A stretch of DNA of 63,123 nt, counting the filler, from Octopus bimaculoides (lineage: Eukaryota), in the NCBI RefSeq assembly GCF_001194135.2. It is 8 parts of 7 records of this genome, joined end to end, with 100 filler letters (N's around TTAATTAATTAA, not from the genome) between each part and the next. Parts side by side here need not be neighbours in the genome. Positions count along the whole stretch, not along the records: positions 42,922 to 49,210 come from NC_069010.1; positions 49,311 to 60,727 come from NC_068993.1; positions 60,828 to 61,860 come from NC_068996.1; positions 61,961 to 63,123 come from NW_026352274.1; 4 more parts are not named here. The stretch is one strand, 5' to 3'. The translations under genes were made by a program, and so were the position numbers. A model generated the notes under the pieces. It had not been told where the DNA came from, made no database searches, and saw nothing but the letters and a program-made list of their open reading frames with translations. Shown here in pieces: positions 48,188 through 62,086 of this stretch; position 1 is the stretch's first letter, and every line of letters begins with the position of its first letter.

Positions 48188-48943
48188 TTCTTAAAAAAAA
48201 AGTACTGCAGTTGATTCGTTTGAGTAAAAATTCTTCAAGGTGGTGCTCCAGCATGACCACAGTCTGATTACTGAAACAAGTAAAAGATATAATAAAGAAA
48301 AGAAATTGCAAAAACCAGAAAACAAAAGGAAAAAAAAACTGAACCAAAATCTATTTGATTGATTTATTGATTTCAAACATCACCCCTCTTGGAGTCATAC
48401 ATGTATACATGCAAGATTTATTCTTTGAAATTTGGTAAAACAAGACTAAAGAGGAAACGGTAAACAAGAAACAAAATACTGCTGGGAAAAACGTGACAAA
48501 AATTTGTTAAAAATGGCAGCCACCATTTTGAACCAAAGTTTTCTTGGTTCGTTAGTGACCTTCACCCAGTGCCAGCATTTCTTTAAAGAAGAAATTAAGT
48601 TAGAAAAAATTGGAAACGACAAAGGTAACAAAATATTAAAAAATTAAACTGAAAAATAATTGAAAGAAAAAATATAAACAAATATAAGATGGAAAATAAT
48701 TTTGGAAAAAATATAAACAAATGTAAGATGGAAAATAATTTTGGAAAAAAGTGAAAAAGTAAAAAAATTCCTACTTGTATCAAATGGAAGCTAGATTAAA
48801 GATTGTCCCATGTCTCGTGGGCACATACACACACCTAGCTTTACTATCGCTACAAACTCTGGTTCTTGTGAGCTTCTAAATATTGTAACTAGATTGAATG
48901 TGTTACTGTTTATCTGGTATTGTTGAACACCATACTATCATAT

Positions 48944-48976
<33 letters not shown>

Positions 48977-49332
48977 CATCATCATCATCATCATCATCGT
49001 TTAACGTCCGCTTTCCATGCTAGCATGGGTTGGACGATTTGACTGAGGACTGGTGAAACCGGATGGCAACACCAGGCTCCAGTCTAATTTGGCAGAGTTT
49101 CTACAGCTGGATGCCCTTCCTAACGCCAACCACTCAGAGAGTGTAGTGGGTGCTTTTACGTGTCACCCGCACGAAAACGGCCACGCTCGAAATGGTGTCT
49201 TTTATGTGCCNNNNNNNNNNNNNNNNNNNNNNNNNNNNNNNNNNNNNNNNNNNNTTAATTAATTAANNNNNNNNNNNNNNNNNNNNNNNNNNNNNNNNNN
49301 NNNNNNNNNNATATACACACACACATATATAC

Positions 49333-49384
<52 letters not shown>

Positions 49385-49484
49385 GTATCATCATCATCAT
49401 CATCATCATGTTGAACCGTTAATCCCTACACATTTTTGCTCTCTCCATTTTTTCGTTCTCTCCATTTTTTCTTCCCTCTCAATC

Positions 49485-49520
49485 CTTTCTGTCGAAGAAC
49501 TCAGGCTCGAAACGTCAAAG
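49485..49520 (+). ncRNA. Minimal hammerhead-like motif with variant core (third copy, weaker stem II)
   Basis: CTTT-CTGTCGA-A-GAAC(TCAG)GCTC-GAAA-C-GTC-AAAG. Confidence 0.45.
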
Positions 49521-49639
49521 ACTTTTCCATTCTTCCGAGCCTTTAATTAATACAAGCAGGTGTATTTGTCGTCAGAGGAATGAGAGGAATGAGAAAATCC
49601 TTGAAAAGTCTTTGTGACGTAGTGTTGGAGGGTACAGGG

Positions 49640-49835
49640 TGATAGAAGGAGATGTCTTGAAGTTAGAGGAACGCTTCAGCCTGAACGAGGTCTGCACGCT
49701 ATACTACCACAGCTCCACCTTTGTCCGTCGGCTCGATGATAATGTCTTGAGGGCATCGGAGATATCGAAGCACCGAGAATTCGGCCCTGGTGATGTTGAA
49801 ATGTTGGAGACGCCTGCGAAAGTTAAATCGGTCCA
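49640..49835 (+). mobile_element. Possible highly decayed mariner HTH remnant
   Basis: LEGIGDIEAPRIRP and ETPAKVKSVHNI in adjacent frames loosely resemble the mariner EDxPRSGRP..V.KV region. Confidence 0.3.
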
Positions 49836-49856
49836 CAACATTATCTATCTATCTGA

Positions 49857-49933
<77 letters not shown>

Positions 49934-50089
49934 AAAAGGATGTGTTATAATACTATTCCACAGCCATACTAACAATCCAACATACCTCCATCATCAGCTG
50001 CCTCACAGATATTATTATGGTTTCGACACCTGGGCAGTACCATTCAATCTGGTGGTGTCAACAGCACTAACATATATACATATATATTG

Positions 50090-50446
50090 GGTCCATTCAC
50101 CTCCAACAGTAGAGAGTAGTCGCAATATTCTTTTGCATATCGGCTAACTCTAATGAGCGTAAAGTTATATAATCAGATTGTTACCTAACACACCGTTGTA
50201 TTCCTAGCGCGAAACCGATTGTTACGATTTGCCGTAATGGACATATAATACTGTGCATTTCGGATATCTTTTAGGTTCATTCACCTCTGACAATAGAGAG
50301 CAGTCACCATATTCTTTTCCATATCGGCGAACTCTGATGAGCTTAAAGTTATATAATCGGATTGTTACCTAACACTCCGTTATATTCCTAGAGCGAAACT
50401 GATTGTTTAAATCAGTCGTGATGGCTATATAATACTGTACATTCGA
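50090..50446 (+). repeat. Tandem dimer of a 184-bp unit, each carrying a hammerhead-like core
   Basis: Units start at 50090 and 50274; CTAATGA..GAAA (50150/50211) and CTGATGA..GAAA..GTC (50334/50395/50415). Confidence 0.8.
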
Positions 50447-50482
50447 ATTATATATGTGTGTGTGTGTGTGTGTTGTGCATAG

Positions 50483-50805
50483 TCGCAAATGTGGCTGTGT
50501 GGTAAGAAGTTTGCTTTCCAGCCATATGGTTCTAGCTTCTGTCCCACTACGTGACACCTTGGACAAGTATCTTCTGTTGCAGCCTCAGACCGACCAAAGC
50601 CTTGTGAGTGGCTTTGATCGGCGGAAACTGAAATATCCCGTCGTATACATATATATATATATGTGTGTATGTATGTGTATGTGTTTATGTGCACGTGAGT
50701 GTGTGTGTCTTTGTGTCAGTGTTTGTCCCCTGCCATCGCTTGATAACCGGTGCTGGTGTGTTTACGTCCCGGCAACTTAATGGTTTGGTAAAAAGCCCGA
50801 TAGAC
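50483..50805 (+). mobile_element. SINE family A
   Basis: Homology to the 4596 and 47555 copies. Confidence 0.82.
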
Positions 50806-51683
50806 AAAAATTCTTCGAGGTGGTGTTGATCTACAACTGATTAAACATAGCTATGGTCGTGGGGCATCATCTCTTCATCCCTCGCCACACTTGTTGTACA
50901 TCATCTTCTCCCAGGCCCGCAGTAACAGCAACGTTCAATTCCTTCTTCCCTGAACACCATCCCTCTAGAATCGTGTCCCTTGTTCAAGGGCTTTCCTATA
51001 AGATTTGTGTTGACCGTTCGACCGGTGTCGCAGGGCCTTGTAAAGGTCATTAGCTCTATCCCTTTTACCAGACTCACTAAGAAAATCGAAACAAACCTAA
51101 ACAAAATGCAAAAAATAAAATAAATAAAATAAAATAATCTACCGTTTTAGAAAGAGAACACAGCAATACAAGAACACTAGCTCCATCATCATCTAACCAG
51201 ACACGACCCCACCCGACCACCACCACCACTCAATTCCACAAAAGCTAATCTGGCCATCACCACCATTAGTAATAACACTAAACTAATACAGGATTACTAC
51301 GATCACGGCCACAACGGCGACCATCACCAGCAGCATCACCACCACCACCATCGCCGCCGCCGCCGCCGCCATCACCACCACCACNNNNNNNNNNNNNNNN
51401 NNNNNNNNNNNNNNNNNNNNNNNNNNNNNNNNNNNNNNNNNNNNNNNNNNNNNNNNNNNNNNNNNNNNNNNNNNNNNNNNNNNNNNNNNNNNNNNNNNNN
51501 NNNNNNNNNNNNNNNNNNNNNNNNNNNNNNNNNNNNNNNNNNNNNNNNNNNNNNNNNNNNNNNNNNNNNNNNNNNNNNNNNNNNNNNNNNNNNNNNNNNN
51601 NNNNNNNNNNCGCCGCCGTCACCGCCACCACCACCACCATCATCGTCACCGTCGTCGTCGTCATCACCATCATCATCATCATC

Positions 51684-51717
<34 letters not shown>

Positions 51718-51824
51718 AAAATGGTAGCAGCAACAACAACAGCAACTCCGCAATCGCATTCATAAGAAACACCATTGATCCCACCTGCAACCTTCTCATA
51801 GAGCGAGAGAAAGAGAGAGAGAGG

Positions 51825-51864
<40 letters not shown>

Positions 51865-52127
51865 GGAGAGGGAGAGGAGAGAGAGAAAGAGTGGGGACAC
51901 CCATATAAACAACCTCCAATTTCCATCTATTGCTGTAAACTGCTTTTCACAAAGAAGATCTGGAAATTCTATTTAAAATCTGGATTTTCTATTATTTACA
52001 GTTGCCTGTTGTTATTTAATGACAAATTAGGGTTGACCTTTGCCCTTCAACTGGCCTCATTATGGCATTTACAACTTCCTCTTTCTTTTGCTACTGTATC
52101 TACTTTGTATCACTCTATCTGTTTACC

Positions 52128-52190
<63 letters not shown>

Positions 52191-52214
52191 AATATGTGTG
52201 TGTGTGTGTGTGTG

Positions 52215-52273
<59 letters not shown>

Positions 52274-52900
52274 ATTTATCTATCTATCTCTGTCTCTATC
52301 AGTTTCTATGTGCGTGTGTGAGTGTGTGTGTGCACTTGGATACGCACATGTCCTCATTTGTATACATGTATTTGTATAGATATTAATTTTTCGATTACCA
52401 TTTTAAAGTAAACTGGAGAATGAAAATAATATTTTCGTCTGTTGTTGGGGCGAACTCTATTCCAACAGAAAAGTCAAATTCAGGATAAAAATTTGCCTTT
52501 GATTGGGACTTCAAGATTTGCCATATGCCTGTTTCAATAAGCCATTATTGCGAAATTTCAATTATCATTCACATGTCTTACACCCCCCACACAATGATAT
52601 AAAATTATTGGATCCAAGGATCGAGGTGTAGGAAGTTAGTAAGCTTCGTGGAGCCCGTGGTAGGTATAAAAAACAACTTTCGGGAACAGTAATAGTTTAC
52701 TGGTGCAGAAGATTGTAAGTTTTCCCCATATCGAAGTCCAATGAGCTGGAAAAAGTTTTTTTTAGCGACTAGGGTTGCTATGAGTGCGAATAAACATTCA
52801 ATGGAGTAGGTAAAATCCAGACTACATATCTGTTTTAGTTAGCAGATTTTCCAAACAATGCATCCTGCCCCAACTCTTCGAAACGCTTAGTTTAGAATAG

Positions 52901-52968
52901 GGGCAGCTGATGAAGGAAATGCTCTCTATGTGGCCTATCTATTTTCCTGAGTGTTCCTACCGTTGTCC
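52901..52968 (+). ncRNA. Decayed hammerhead-like motif in a pLTR-like repeat
   Basis: GGGCAG-CTGATGA-AGGAAA..TTTCCT-GAGT (GAAA lost)..TTGTCC; the downstream segment 53030-53120 recurs at 60130-60220. Confidence 0.4.
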
Positions 52969-54143
52969 AAAAAAATGTTTGTTTTCCGTGCTTTGTTTAT
53001 ATTCTTGTTTTTCATTTTGTCCACGTTTTTTGTGACGTCCTGTACCCAGATATGCATCTATATATACATGTAGATGTAGGTATGTACATACATGTACGTA
53101 TATATGCATATACTCACATATCTATATATATATATATATATATGTATATAATTCAATAATAGGATAAAGTCTTTATAAGAATTTATCAAGTAGTTAGCGT
53201 GAAAAAACCGTTAAGTTAAAAGTTTTTAGGGGGTTAGCGTTGAGAGTTGCATTCCTTCGCGATCGGTAAAAATGTGTTTATTATAGTAGTTTGACTTCTA
53301 GAGTCCCTCTTAGCGTGAGGCGTTATTGTATAGTAATGCCCTTATATAAATTATATATATATGTATATATATATTGTGTATAAACGCGCGCATGTGTGTG
53401 TGTCTGGTATCCCCCATCATATGACAACCGGTTTATGTCCTCTGAAATGAGAGTACTGGGATCGAATTGTTTGACTAAACACTTCAAGGCTGTACCACCA
53501 AGCATGGCCGCAGTTGAATGACTGAAACACGTACGAAGAGTTAGTTTCGGGAGATGAAATTGCATGTGAGTCTTAAAATGAACTGTAGTTTTTTAAATTC
53601 TGAACGGTGTCCCCAGCCTAGCCGCAGTCTAATGACTGAAACAAGTAGAAGATAAAAAAAAATTCATCAAACTACCACACCGGTTTCGACAATTTTTGGT
53701 TTTCAATGTAATATAAAAATGGTCAAGGGAGATCGACGGTACAATACTTACCTACCTGCCTATTCAACTGCCTACATATACACAAACATACCACCTAAAT
53801 ATCTACATGCTACTCCACCTACCTACCACCTAAATATCTACATGCTACTCCACCTACCTACCTACCTACCTACCTACCTACCTACCTACATTTTTATCTA
53901 GCTATCCACCTTCATATTATTTTTAAATAGTTTGTCAACTACCTGTCTGTCTACCTATTTACTTTGGTAGGCACTTAGCTATCTACCCACATTTGGCTAC
54001 CTAACTCTGTACTTTGCTATTTACCAATTAGCTATCCACCAACCTATTTACTTAAGCAATTAGTTGACTACCTACTTACTTGTCTGCCTACATTTCTACC
54101 TATTATTATATCGACATATCTAGTTATCTATTAATCTGCTAAA

Positions 54144-54239
<96 letters not shown>

Positions 54240-54408
54240 CTGATATGTATGTATGCATTTGTGTGTGCGTGTGTGTGTATGTGTGTGTCTGAGAAAGCGA
54301 GCGAGTGCGTGTGTGCGTTTGTGTCTCTGTGAAAGAGAGAGAAAGGGAAACTGTGGGTGTGTGAGAATGTGTGTGAGTGTGTGTGTTTGAGCGTGTGTGT
54401 TTGTGCGT

Positions 54409-54495
54409 GTTGAAACTTCGGTTCTCGTCCCAACACCGAAATTAAGCAACATTGAGCCTAGTTAGTACAGGTTCAACATCGACTTCTCGGAATCT
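54409..54495 (+). pseudogene. 5S rRNA-derived fragment
   Basis: GTTGAAACTTCGGTTCTCGTCCCAACACCGAAATTAAGCAACATTGAGCCTAGTTAGTAC aligns by eye to the central part of animal 5S rRNA, including internal control box A; 5' and 3' ends are missing or diverged. Confidence 0.6.
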
Positions 54496-54986
54496 TTGGT
54501 CTCAAAACCATTCTGGATTAGTGATTTTTCCGAACCAGAGGTGGTTACCTCAAAATTAAATAAGCATTAAATTTACTTAAATAATCAAATTAAATACAGG
54601 TAGCAGTTAACAAGTTTATTTATATTTTACCGTGCAAGTTTTTATGAAACAGGGCCACCAAAAAACTAGTTTGGCGACCGCAGGAATTTGAAGCACCTAT
54701 TTATAAACTAATGCGGATTATAAGACATTTCGAGCCATCCATATCCGGATAGTTGGGTTGTACTTGTACTTAAATGGGGGTCCAAACAAACAGATCCGTT
54801 ACATAAAAAAACCCCAAAAAACAAAAAAAAAAAACCAAAACAAAATAAAAAACTCAGAAAATATCACAGAGGGGATTTTGTCCTACGGTTGTCTTGTCCT
54901 ATACTCACTTAATTGAGGGAGCGCTTGGGAAATTTGGGTGTTCTGAAAATCTTCCACCTCCTGGATGAAACCAGTAAAATTATATG

Positions 54987-55036
<50 letters not shown>

Positions 55037-56249
55037 GATAGATAGATAGAGAGAGAGAGAGACAGAGAAATGTACACACACGCTTATATGTATATACACA
55101 CATATACACATACACACATACTTATATACATACTACGCATATATACGATATATAATATAATATAATATATATATACATACATAAATATACAAGAATAAGG
55201 GCAGGGAATCGTCAATTAATAATAGAATTAATAATTAACAATTTTGCCAAGTAGTTCAGTATGAAAAAACCTTTATCGGTAAAACCATTTATCATCATAA
55301 ATATACAGGGATTAGCATTGAGTTGCTTCTCCAACATACTGAAAATTTAGAAATAGCAGTCAAAGAACTACTGATTCTAAACTACAAATTTTTCTCTAAA
55401 CGGATGGCGATATTTATGGCACACATAGAACAAAACACCGGAGGGAAAAGCGTAAACCAAACAAGTCTTTAGTTAATTGGATACGAATCGTTTCATGGTA
55501 AATGAAACGTTTCTGATAAANNNNNNNNNNNNNNNNNNNNNNNNNNNNNNNNNNNNNNNNNNNNNNNNNNNNNNNNNNNNNNNNNNNNNNNNNNNNNNNN
55601 NNNNNNNNNNNNNNNNNNNNNNNNNNNNNNNNNNNNNNNNNNNNNNNNNNNNNNNNNNNNNNNNNNNNNNNNNNNNNNNNNNNNNNNNNNNNNNNNNNNN
55701 NNNNNNNNNNNNNNNNNNNNNNNNNNNNNNNNNNNNNNNNNNNNNNNNNNNNNNNNNNNNNNNNNNNNNNNNNNNNNNNNNNNNNNNNNNNNNNNNNNNN
55801 NNNNNNNNNNNNNNNNNNNNNNNNNNNNNNNNNNNNNNNNNNNNNNNNNNNNNNNNNNNNNNNNNNNNNNNNNNNNNNNNNNNNNNNNNNNNNNNNNNNN
55901 NNNNNNNNNNNNNNNNNNNNNNNNNNNNNNNNNNNNNNNNNNACACACACACACACACACACACAATTCTTGTTAGGAATAGTTGATCTTGAATTACAAA
56001 GAATAGCATGTAAATGCTGAAGTGCAAACCCCTTTTTTGGACAGAAAAATCCAATATTTTCATACTATTCTTTATAGCTGTAGAATTATTTTACGTTCTA
56101 TCGAAAGTTCGTAAAATCTTTACGATGTCAATACATACATACATACATACATACATACATACATACATACATACATACAGAGAGACAGACAGGCAGGCAG
56201 ACAGACTGACAGAGATACATGCCATCCGCAAAAAACAACTGTCCTGAAA

Positions 56250-56785
56250 TAAATTCAGAAAATCCCTCTGTTATGGAATACATTCATAAACACCAACTCA
56301 AGGAATACTGGTGGAATATTAGCCATCAAAACCTCTGTCAAATGTAAACATAACAGCTCGGATATTGTCGTTTGGGACAGAGGGGCAAAGGTATGTACCA
56401 TCGCAGAGGTCAGCTGCCCTACAGATATAAATATGTCTTTGAAAATCAAAGAAAAGGAGGATATCTATGGACAACTGCTTCGAAACCTCCAGCTACTATA
56501 TTCAGTTTATAAATTCATATTCATACCAATAATAATTGGAGAACTAGGTCTTGTTAGTAATTGCTTAAAGGAGAATCTGTATAAACTGGGATTTTCAGAA
56601 CGAGAAATCCACCGGCTAATTCGTACATTACAAGTGCAATCTATGAGTGGAACAGTAAAAATATGCAAGACTTTTCTGAAGTTCCAAATGTGAATTTGTC
56701 TCTGATAACTACACCCCAAAGATGGAGCCTTGTATCTTTGTTGGAAATCGGCTCCTTCCCCAGTTGAAGATTTATAATAATCAAA
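56250..56785 (+). mobile_element. RLE-type (R4/Dong-like) LINE 3' fragment with restriction-like endonuclease and 3' UTR
   Basis: YWWNI.IKTSVKCKHNSSDIVVWDR..AEVSCP..KIKEKEDIYGQL..IPIIIGELG..TVKICKTFLKF*; the PD..E..K motif is present with P mutated to S. Confidence 0.88.
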
Positions 56786-57355
56786 AAATAGAAGAGACAT
56801 ATACATACATACATACATACATACATACGTACACACACACATACATACATAATGCACATATACATACATAATGTGTACATACATACATACACATGTACTT
56901 ATATATATATATGCATACACACCCATATATGTCTATTTACGTAATCTTCTGTGTATCGACCAACAATACCTACCAACCTATTTACCTACCTACGTACCAA
57001 TACTAACCTACTAACCTCCTACATCGCTCCTTCTCTCCTTCCCTCCTTTTTAAAATCTACCCATACATACCTACCTACCTACCTACCAATCTACCGTTCA
57101 TCTATTCAATCTATTAAAACGTCCCCCACACTAATTCGGTCTTCCTTTTTCCTCTCTTTTACCTGTTTTGTTTTCCTAAACTTATTCCTTTCCTTCCTTC
57201 CGTCCTTACTCCTTTCATTTACTTACTCTTCCATTCATTTTCTTTGTACCTTCCTTCCTTTCTTTTACTCCCCTACACCCATTCACTCTATCATCCTTAC
57301 CCGTTCTCTCCTAACTTGTCATCAATCCACTTTACATTTATTAAGCATTTTTTCA

Positions 57356-57413
<58 letters not shown>

Positions 57414-57873
57414 GCTGCTACTGCTGCTGCTGCTGCTGTCATTTTGCGGCAGTTTTTTTTTCCGGCTTTCCTTATCAAAATATTAGCATAAAACGTTTGA
57501 ATTGCTCCATGGAAGATAAACCAGTCGACATCACTGTTTGGTTTTTATACATCTTTGGTTGATTGTACGACAGACGACACGAGTGTGTGTATCTGTGTGT
57601 GTTTGTGTGTGTTTGCAGGAGTGTGTGTTTTCACTGGAGAGGGTGGTGTAGGAATATGAAAAAGTATGGCGGTGTAATCTCTCTAAAGAAAACATCATTA
57701 GAGAATGATGATGCGGAGAGAGGGACATAAACGGACAGAGAAAGAGAGAGAGAGAGAGAGAGAGAGGGGGGAAGAGAGAGAAAAGAGAGTTGGTAAGTGA
57801 GAGAAAGAGAGAGAAAAATGCGTAAGAAAGATGGAGAAAATGGAAAAGGTAAAAGTGATAAGTAGAGATGATT

Positions 57874-57904
<31 letters not shown>

Positions 57905-59075
57905 AAAGAGAGAGAGAGAGAGAGAGATAGAGAGAAGGGGAGAAAATATAAAGAGATAGCGAGATGGAGATAGAGAGAGTGATAGAGAGAAAGAACGAGT
58001 TGAGAGAAATTGTTGGGTCTTTTGTATGTGGAATTTCTCAGTTAGGCCAAGTCGTTAGTTTCAAGCCTAGTTCTCTGATTATATAGTACAGTATAACATT
58101 ATTCACGAAGTATTGTCTAATTCAATACGCGTGTATTTTACACTTGTGAAAGTTTCAGCAACAATGCAGCGAATCGCGAACGCTTGCTAGATCGTACATG
58201 GTACACTAGCAAGCCCGTCCGAACATGTCCTCTGTCCGTACATGAAACTTGAAGTTGCTCACTATACACAATATGTAGATGTATACATATTCATTTTTTT
58301 GGAATGGTGATGTCAACACACACACGCACAAACACAAACACACACACACACACACACACACACATGATGGCTATCCATTTGTTTTGTGATTAAAGAAGAC
58401 TATCAGAAACCATTGCCCATGCAAAATGCCAGCAACGCCTGTGCATGAGGTTATTGCACCAGCAATCGGCTTCAGTCGGGTTCGCATCCACGGCTTTCAT
58501 GCTCACCGTGGCGCCCCCTTCACTTGCTCGGGCATCAGTTAGTTACCTCACCGGCGGTTGCACAACCTAAAATTTTAGTTCCAATAAGGCTTGCACAGCA
58601 CATCACATGCCCTCTCCACCCTACTGACATGATCCAGAGGCAAGCTGGGACAAAATATCCTATGCTAATATGAGTTGAAGGTTCAGGAATGAGTGAATAC
58701 CATGATCTCAAGTGCAAGCAAAAGATCTCCAAAATGTTCAATGCCATCACCTGCGTACCTGGTTTTATATCACAGTAACTTTCTTCTACAGACATGCTTT
58801 AAAAATAGCTGAGGGATGCTTCACTTCTAGTAGCCTTCTAGCACGCCGGACAGCAACCTAAGACCCGTGTTATTGTTAGACAGTCCATGAACTTATACTA
58901 GGTTCATCTGTCCTTTTGACAGGTCTTGTTTTTAGTCCTGCTGGGTTTCTAACAACCCTCCTCACCAGGCAAGCCTAGTGAAGGTGCCAGTTTAGTCGCT
59001 GATAACCCGACCATGCAACAAGTTGTATCAGAGTCCATGTTAACAGTAGCACCCAGGAAAGACCTCACAAGTGAC

Positions 59076-59133
<58 letters not shown>

Positions 59134-59340
59134 GCGCGCACACACACCGCGCGCACACACACGCATACACACACACACACCCGTACACATACATATGAAA
59201 ATTTACAATTTATACAACCTTACATATTATAAGTACATAAACATACATACACACACACACACATAAATGCATTCACGCATACATGTCTTTACCTACCTGC
59301 ATATATACATACACTTACATAAATACATACATACATACCT

Positions 59341-59371
<31 letters not shown>

Positions 59372-59746
59372 TATATATATATGTATATGCATGTATGTAT
59401 ATATATATACTAATCATGGGTGTGAGGAACTAAAAATTAAGTGAAGAGAGTGATTGAGAGAATGGGAAAGTGAATCTAAATGAGGGGAGGAGAAAGGAAA
59501 GGGTATGAGTAGGAGGAGGAATAAAGAGAAACATGAGTAAATATGGGTGAGAGGGAAAGCAGAAAGAGGAGGGGGAGGAATTACGACTGGAATTAGAAAG
59601 AAACGGTGATAATCGTGATGGTGGTAGTAAAAAAAGGGAGTACAGATTCAAGATAAATTAGATAATGAGCGAAAACGAATATGTATACATAAATACAAAG
59701 ACACACAAACACACACATATACATACAGACTTCTACATTTGTCAGT

Positions 59747-59840
<94 letters not shown>

Positions 59841-60347
59841 GTAAGAGTGTATATTTCTACTTANNNNNNNNNNNNNNNNNNNNNNNNNNNNNNNNNNNNN
59901 NNNNNNNNNNNNNNNNNNNNNNNNNNNNNNNNNNNNNNNNNNNNNNNNNNNNNNNNNNNNNNNNNNNNNNNNNNNNNNNNNNNNNNNNNNNNNNNNNNNN
60001 NNNNNNNNNNNNNNNNNNNNNNNNNNNNNNNNNNNNNNNNATATATGTACACACACACGCACACACACACTATACATGTATATATATATATATATGTACT
60101 CTGGTTATTATTATTTTTTTTGTCTACGTTTTGTTTGCAATGTCCTGTACCCAGATATGCACCTATATATGCAAGTAGATGTAGATATGCACGTACTTGT
60201 ACGTATATATGCATATACTCATTTATTATTTGTTATACATATATATACATTTACACACACACATACATACACAGACACACACTGACAGACAGACTGACAG
60301 ACAGACAGACAGACACACACACACACACACACACACACTCATATGCG

Positions 60348-60500
60348 CAGTAGTGGCTGTATGGTAAGGGATTTGCTTCCCAATCACATTGTTCCGGGTT
60401 CAGATCCATCACGTGGTAACTTGAACAAGTGTCTTCAACTTTAGCCCCAGGCCGACTAAATCCTTGTGACTATTTGGTAGCCGAAAACTAAAAAAAATAA
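60348..60500 (+). mobile_element. SINE family A, degenerate 5' part
   Basis: GTAGTGGCTGTATGGTAAG..GTTCCGGGTTCAG. Confidence 0.7.
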
Positions 60501-60565
60501 ATCACAGTATATATATAATTAATCAAAGGACATACTACATATGTATACCTGCTGGAAATAACAGT

Positions 60566-60620
<55 letters not shown>

Positions 60621-61960
60621 GTAAGATACAGAAATAAATTTATTTCTGTATCTTACAATACATCTCAACGCTTCTAAAAAATAACAAACTTTCTTTGTTT
60701 ACTTTCATCGTAGAGTTGAATATATATNNNNNNNNNNNNNNNNNNNNNNNNNNNNNNNNNNNNNNNNNNNNTTAATTAATTAANNNNNNNNNNNNNNNNN
60801 NNNNNNNNNNNNNNNNNNNNNNNNNNNTATATATACATTGTGTGTATATAAATATAAATAGATAAATAAATAAATATGTATATATATATACATATATATG
60901 AATACATACATATGTGTGTGTGCGTATGTATATATGCATATCTGTATTTATACAGAAGAAACAGAAAACCCAACTTCCTCAGTTGCATTTCAAAATTTCA
61001 TTTCTTCTCTACAATTGTTTCTATCACTTACATGAAGACACCGTCAATTTTATAATTATTACAAAATAAGTTTTAGTTAGTAAATTATTTAGTTGAATAC
61101 GATGAAGAAGTCGTAACTTCAAAATCAGGACCACATCTTGAAATATGAAAATCTAATTATCGTTTTTCTCTAATTTATATAACACGTAGAAGGTCATACA
61201 AAGGAGAATGACTATAGTGAGCAGCCTATGTAGCGAAGAAACACAGAGTTTTCCAAAAAGACAAGAACTCCATTTACATTTTTTTTAATGATAGAAATAA
61301 TTAAGGGAGCTTCATTAAGTTTTGAACAAATGAAATTTATCTAAGAGCAATAGTGCTGCATTTATATTGAACGGTGCAATTAGCAAAGTGCAATAGCGTC
61401 TATTAGGAAGCTGAGAATCTGTATATTAAGGAGTAACGTCATGTAAATTACCATGAGTTATATTATGGCGCGCCTTATCATCAAAAGGACAAATATGTGT
61501 GTCTGTGTGTGTGTGTGTTTATTTTACATATGTGTGTCTGATGATGTTGCGTGATGTATGTAACCAAAGACCAAAGACACATTACGAAACAAATGGAATA
61601 AGCACTTATTCTCTCACTGCTCTTAATGGTCAGTTTTTTATGTATACTCTCCACATTGCGATTCTTGGTTTTTCAAAACGACGGTGAGGTTGTAAGCTAG
61701 TCTTAACCCCCATGTTTTTCTTGATAATTCCCAAACGGGCAGATAACTTACAGCGAGCTCTGTGTGATTCTTCGAATCCCTCGAATCCCGATTCTTGTTT
61801 TATATATGCACACACACACACACACACACGTACACACATACACACATACACACACATATANNNNNNNNNNNNNNNNNNNNNNNNNNNNNNNNNNNNNNNN
61901 NNNNTTAATTAATTAANNNNNNNNNNNNNNNNNNNNNNNNNNNNNNNNNNNNNNNNNNNN

Positions 61961-62002
<42 letters not shown>

Positions 62003-62048
62003 TATGTACACATATAAGTATCTGTATATTAATGAATATACCTATATA

Positions 62049-62086
<38 letters not shown>

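Noticed and set aside
48665-48750. 39-bp direct duplication
   Set aside because: Simple local slippage in AT-rich DNA.
51278-51800. His/Asp/Asn-rich coding exon
   Set aside because: Mixed trinucleotide repeats spanning a gap; similar tracts are common here.
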